A DNA stretch of 63,713 nt, counting the filler, from Pelomyxa schiedti (lineage: Eukaryota > Protista > Evosea): assembly GCA_020536535.1 (NCBI GenBank). It is 12 parts of 12 records of this genome, joined end to end, with 100 filler letters (N's around TTAATTAATTAA, not from the genome) between each part and the next. Parts side by side here need not be neighbours in the genome. Positions count along the whole stretch, not along the records: positions 58,125 to 62,473 come from JAHLWZ010000261.1; positions 62,574 to 63,713 come from JAHLWZ010002780.1; 10 more parts are not named here. One strand, 5' to 3'. Below the pieces are notes generated by a model. It saw only the letters and a program-made list of their open reading frames with translations. It was not told the origin of the DNA and searched no databases. Positions 60,281 to 63,713 of this stretch are shown here, in pieces. A program made the translations under genes and the position numbers. The stretch's first letter is position 1, and every line of letters begins with the position of its first letter.

Positions 60281-61401
60281 CTCTCTCTCTCTCTCTTGTT
60301 TGGAGCATAACTTGAAAACCAGCTCTCTGTTTGGTTTGGGTGGCAGAGTTGTGCTATGAGGGGATTAAGGATATGGGACATTGCCTTGATGATGCTGTTG
60401 TCTGTGTTAGGTGGGGAAATGGGCTGTGACTTGTTGATTCTGGAGATCCCTTCCACTTTGGGAAATGCAAAGAAAAGGGAATCGTTGAAGTGATCTGGGG
60501 CAGGGTTTTCTGAGTGGAGCCCAAATCTTTTGTAATTTCATCTTTCCTCTTTGAGTTGCAGGTAAGGTTGTTGGTAGCAGGGTCCAGCATTTGTGCATTC
60601 AGGGTACTTTTGGTTGGTATCTTGGGGAAAGGGGTGTGTCTCTTCTTGGAGATCTTAATGTTCAGTTGGGTTTTAACCCAGGCTATGGCTTCATGGATTT
60701 GGTCTGGGCTTGGGGGATAATAGTCAAATAAATCTGCCACTTCTTTGTTACTTTCGATAATAGGCTTTTGGAGTTTGGGTTGGCTGGGCAACCAGAGATG
60801 GATGTGTATGAGGGTGTATTAAGCTGACATGTGGCCAGTGAATAATATGCTGTTGTGGTTGTCTCTGATTACTGCACCACAAGTGTTTGATGGAGCTTGA
60901 TCTTCTTGACATTTGAAAGGTGAACAAGTCATAATTTCCCATCCATATGAGCTCTCAACCCTGCAACACACAAGTTAAATCAATGCATACTCCTTTGAAT
61001 TGCACATACCAAGAAAAAGCAAACACACAGCTCAACAGTATTGACCAATTCTGCGGAGAAGCCACAACTGGGTCATTGGCAACTAATGGGCATCAAAAAG
61101 AGATACAAAGGAATAGGCAAAAGCTGATTGAGCATACTTGTTGTAAGAAGCCAAAGCCCAAAGTCAAAGCAGCGATAGTGTAATTTCCCAGGAAGGCACA
61201 GTACATGGGCTGACTCTAAGTGATGTTGAGAGGCTTGAACAAACATAAGGAAATACCAAAGATCTGAAGTGAGCACTTGCCCAATGAGGATGGGTTGCTG
61301 CAGCACTGGAAACAAACCAAGCAGAAAGACACTATCTCAAAGCAATTGCTATTGGTAAGAAGTGCACAGTGACTCTGTACTCTGTCAATCAAAATAATGT
61401 G
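60281..61401. repeat. Deleted duplicate of 58125-60180 across a 100-N gap
   Basis: Blocks 58125-58565, ~59360-59510 and ~59690-60180 recur in the same order with internal deletions. Confidence 0.85.
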
Positions 61402-63037
61402 AGGCTATCACATACCTTCATGCTGGTTGAAGAAGCCAAAGCACAAAGTCAGAGGTCATTATATGTGTAACAGAGGAACTGCTTTTCTCCAATCACAGAG
61501 TTTCCACCAGAGCAGGGTCTGAAACTGGATCAGCAAAAAACACAAAAATAACATGGAGTGTTTAGAATACAGTTGGTACCTGTAGGGAAGCACAACTCAA
61601 CCCATTCTCACAAGTCCATCAAGTTTTAGGCAATCACTGTCATCTTATTACATGTATAATCGAGCCTCACAAATCCCACTGGATTAGAATGCAAATTAGT
61701 CACCACATAAGAGATTTACACATGCCTTAATTAATGAAGCATCCACCCAGAATTGCCCAAATGAGGAAGTCCCTCTGTTTGGTGTGACTTATAAGAGAAT
61801 TTATCATCCACTCAAAAGTATTGTACCTACAAATGTCAGAAAGGAAAAGAGATTTGAAGCAGTGGTATAGATACCAATAATGCCGAAAATTCAGGCAAAA
61901 GCTGACTGTCGATGCTTCATACTCAAGTATCATTGAAGAGGAGAGGATGGAAATGGCAGAAACAGTGAACCACCGGTAGTACGCACAAGGAAGCGTCCCC
62001 TTCCGTTTCCAATTATTAATAATAATTGGCGGAGCTCAGGCGGTTTCGGTAGCACTGCCACCTCCATCTCCCTCTTCCATTGAGCTCAATTTTTGGATCT
62101 ATGTACATTTAAAGATGGAAAGTAAGTTCAGAAGAAAACTTGTTTATTAAGGAAGTCAACAAGGGATAACTAAATCAACACAATGTCAAGTCAAAAGCCT
62201 TGCCTAGATAAAACATAAGAACATGGAGTTATCAGTCGGAAAGAAGAAGAATGAGGTACCTTGATGATTCTGCTCTGCTTCGCTTCATCATTCAGGTTAT
62301 CTGCCAGCATGTTAGCAGTGCCAATGATGGTTAAGGACATACCAAATCACAAGTCAGTGAGGAACAATTTCAGAAAGGCTTTACCTTCAGTCTGTGGAAA
62401 ACGTGAGTGGAAGAGACTGACAAGACAAGGGGCCAACCCCACATCCCAGTTGGCAAGAAGCAGGGGGCCAGGTNNNNNNNNNNNNNNNNNNNNNNNNNNN
62501 NNNNNNNNNNNNNNNNNTTAATTAATTAANNNNNNNNNNNNNNNNNNNNNNNNNNNNNNNNNNNNNNNNNNNNTAAGTAATGCTGAGAATGGTGGTGCAG
62601 GCCTCTCTGGATTGTTCTAGTGTACCAGATTGGAAAAATAAGAGGAACCAAATAAGAACCTTGTAGAATAGGAAAAACACCTTTGTGCCACAGCGGTAAA
62701 TTGATACCACGTGGTTACTCGTGTAACCGTGTCGCCCAAAGGTACGTACAAGGAGAGGCCCTCCCATTTATGGAATAGATCGAGGAATAGAAAACAGCTT
62801 CTCTTTTCTTCTTCAGGGCAACTGAGAAAATTTCCTGTCACGTCGAAATTTGGTTTTATAAGGACCCTTTGCATAAGTTCAAAAAAAAAAAAACTCAAGA
62901 CACGGAAAGGAGAAGGAGCGACATGAGAGAAACAGAACAGTGGGAACAACAACACGACCATCATTAGAAACGAGACACATGGGTTTGGTTCTTCTCTCTT
63001 TTTTCTTTATCTTTTTTTTCTTCTCGTTTGCAAGGGA

Positions 63038-63265
63038 GGTGTCACCCTCACGGGGATGCTTCCTTTTTTGTTTCCATTATTTTGGTGTCACCCTCACGGG
63101 GATACTTATATCTATTGTTTCGGTGTCACCCTCACGGGGATGCTTCCCTTTTTTGTTCCCATTATTTTGGTGTCACCCTCACGGGGATACCTTTTTCCCA
63201 TTGTTTTGGTGTCACCCTCACGGGGATACTTCTATCTATTGTTTCAGTGTCACCCTCACGGGGAT
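63038..63265. repeat. Array of six 20-nt repeats GGTGTCACCCTCACGGGGAT with 18-27-nt T-rich related spacers
   Basis: Copies start at 63038, 63084, 63122, 63169, 63208, 63246 (last copy has A at the first position); periods 46/38/47/39/38. Confidence 0.95.
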
Positions 63266-63713
63266 GCTTCCCTTTTTTTTTTTTCTATTATTTGTTTTTC
63301 TTCTCACATAGGTACATATGTATATTCTGTCTCATAGCGCATGGGGAAAAACACGGAAGTAAAAAATGATAATAAAATTTCTCATATTACTTCCTTCTTT
63401 CTTTTTGGGTACCCGAAATTCTCATATCTTATATCTTTCTCTGTGGTTTCGTCCTACGGACAATAGGAAACAGCAAACAACAATTTAGCAAAGGAAGAAA
63501 TGCAGAATGAAAAGACAATGTATTTATCTCTAATTTGGGGAAAGTTAGTACTTGGGGTACTGGGCATTGCGGTCAGGCTCCTTTTTAGAGTTAGGAAGGG
63601 ATTGGTTTCTCAGACACTACCTTGCAGCCTAGCTGTCATTGCGTATGAAAGGAGCCATTAGCCACGAATTCATTCCTGGTCGGGTGTTGCGGGTGTAACG
63701 GTTGTAGTCTCCG

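Noticed and set aside
61400-62473. Possible further transposase or gene remnant
   Set aside because: Only short stop-interrupted frames without identifiable catalytic motifs.
16578-62573. Recurring TTAATTAATTAA palindrome as a biological repeat or recombination site
   Set aside because: Always centred in identical N padding; an artificial concatenation linker. ORFs running into it and cross-linker gene neighbourhoods are artefacts.
62617-62874. Reverse transcriptase-like reading of the ORF beside the array (DVTGNFLSCP...WYQFTAVAQ)
   Set aside because: Resemblance is superficial; no PQG/PFG or YxDD motif is seen, and the ORF looks like the first exon of an ordinary spliced gene.
63038-63265. 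CRISPR array call
   Set aside because: Spacers are short, T-rich and homologous to each other, the context is eukaryotic and no cas gene is visible; kept as a hairpin repeat array instead.
1-63713. tRNA, rRNA, and Fanzor/TnpB or Cas-like nuclease genes
   Set aside because: No cloverleaf or T-loop signatures, rRNA motifs, or RuvC/zinc-finger motif sets were recognised by eye; tRNAscan-SE, Infernal and HMM searches would be needed to exclude them formally.

Overview
This window is not one locus. It is 12 short eukaryotic contigs joined by artificial 100-nt linkers (N44-TTAATTAATTAA-N44), plus four 100-N scaffold gaps, so adjacency is meaningful only within a contig. The DNA is a compact protist genome with many short (mostly 40-110 nt) GT-AG introns. 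The gene content suggests an amoebozoan, possibly a Pelomyxa-like archamoeba (inference, not verified). Recognisable genes: Rap1, eIF2B-epsilon, a FYVE-pseudokinase-WH2 (Slob-type) protein, FAM133-like, eIF4E, NAGLU (GH89), ERCC6L/PICH-like helicase, Rab8/Sec4, neurochondrin-like, a DH-PH-FYVE RhoGEF, a ubiquitin-like protein, a degenerate ROCO kinase and Arp1/centractin. Accessory content includes at least 8 copies of an intronless expanded family, an intron-containing hAT-like transposase and LINE remnants. The most notable items are: (1) a P-loop GTPase/Cys-cluster/ADP-ribosyltransferase fusion with intact R-S-EXE motifs, head-to-head with an expanded-family gene and near the transposase; (2) an eIF4E with two N-terminal PAM2-like motifs; (3) an intergenic array of six near-identical 20-nt hairpin repeats at 63038-63265; (4) frequent AAG splice acceptors. 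No rRNA, tRNA or true CRISPR array was recognised.
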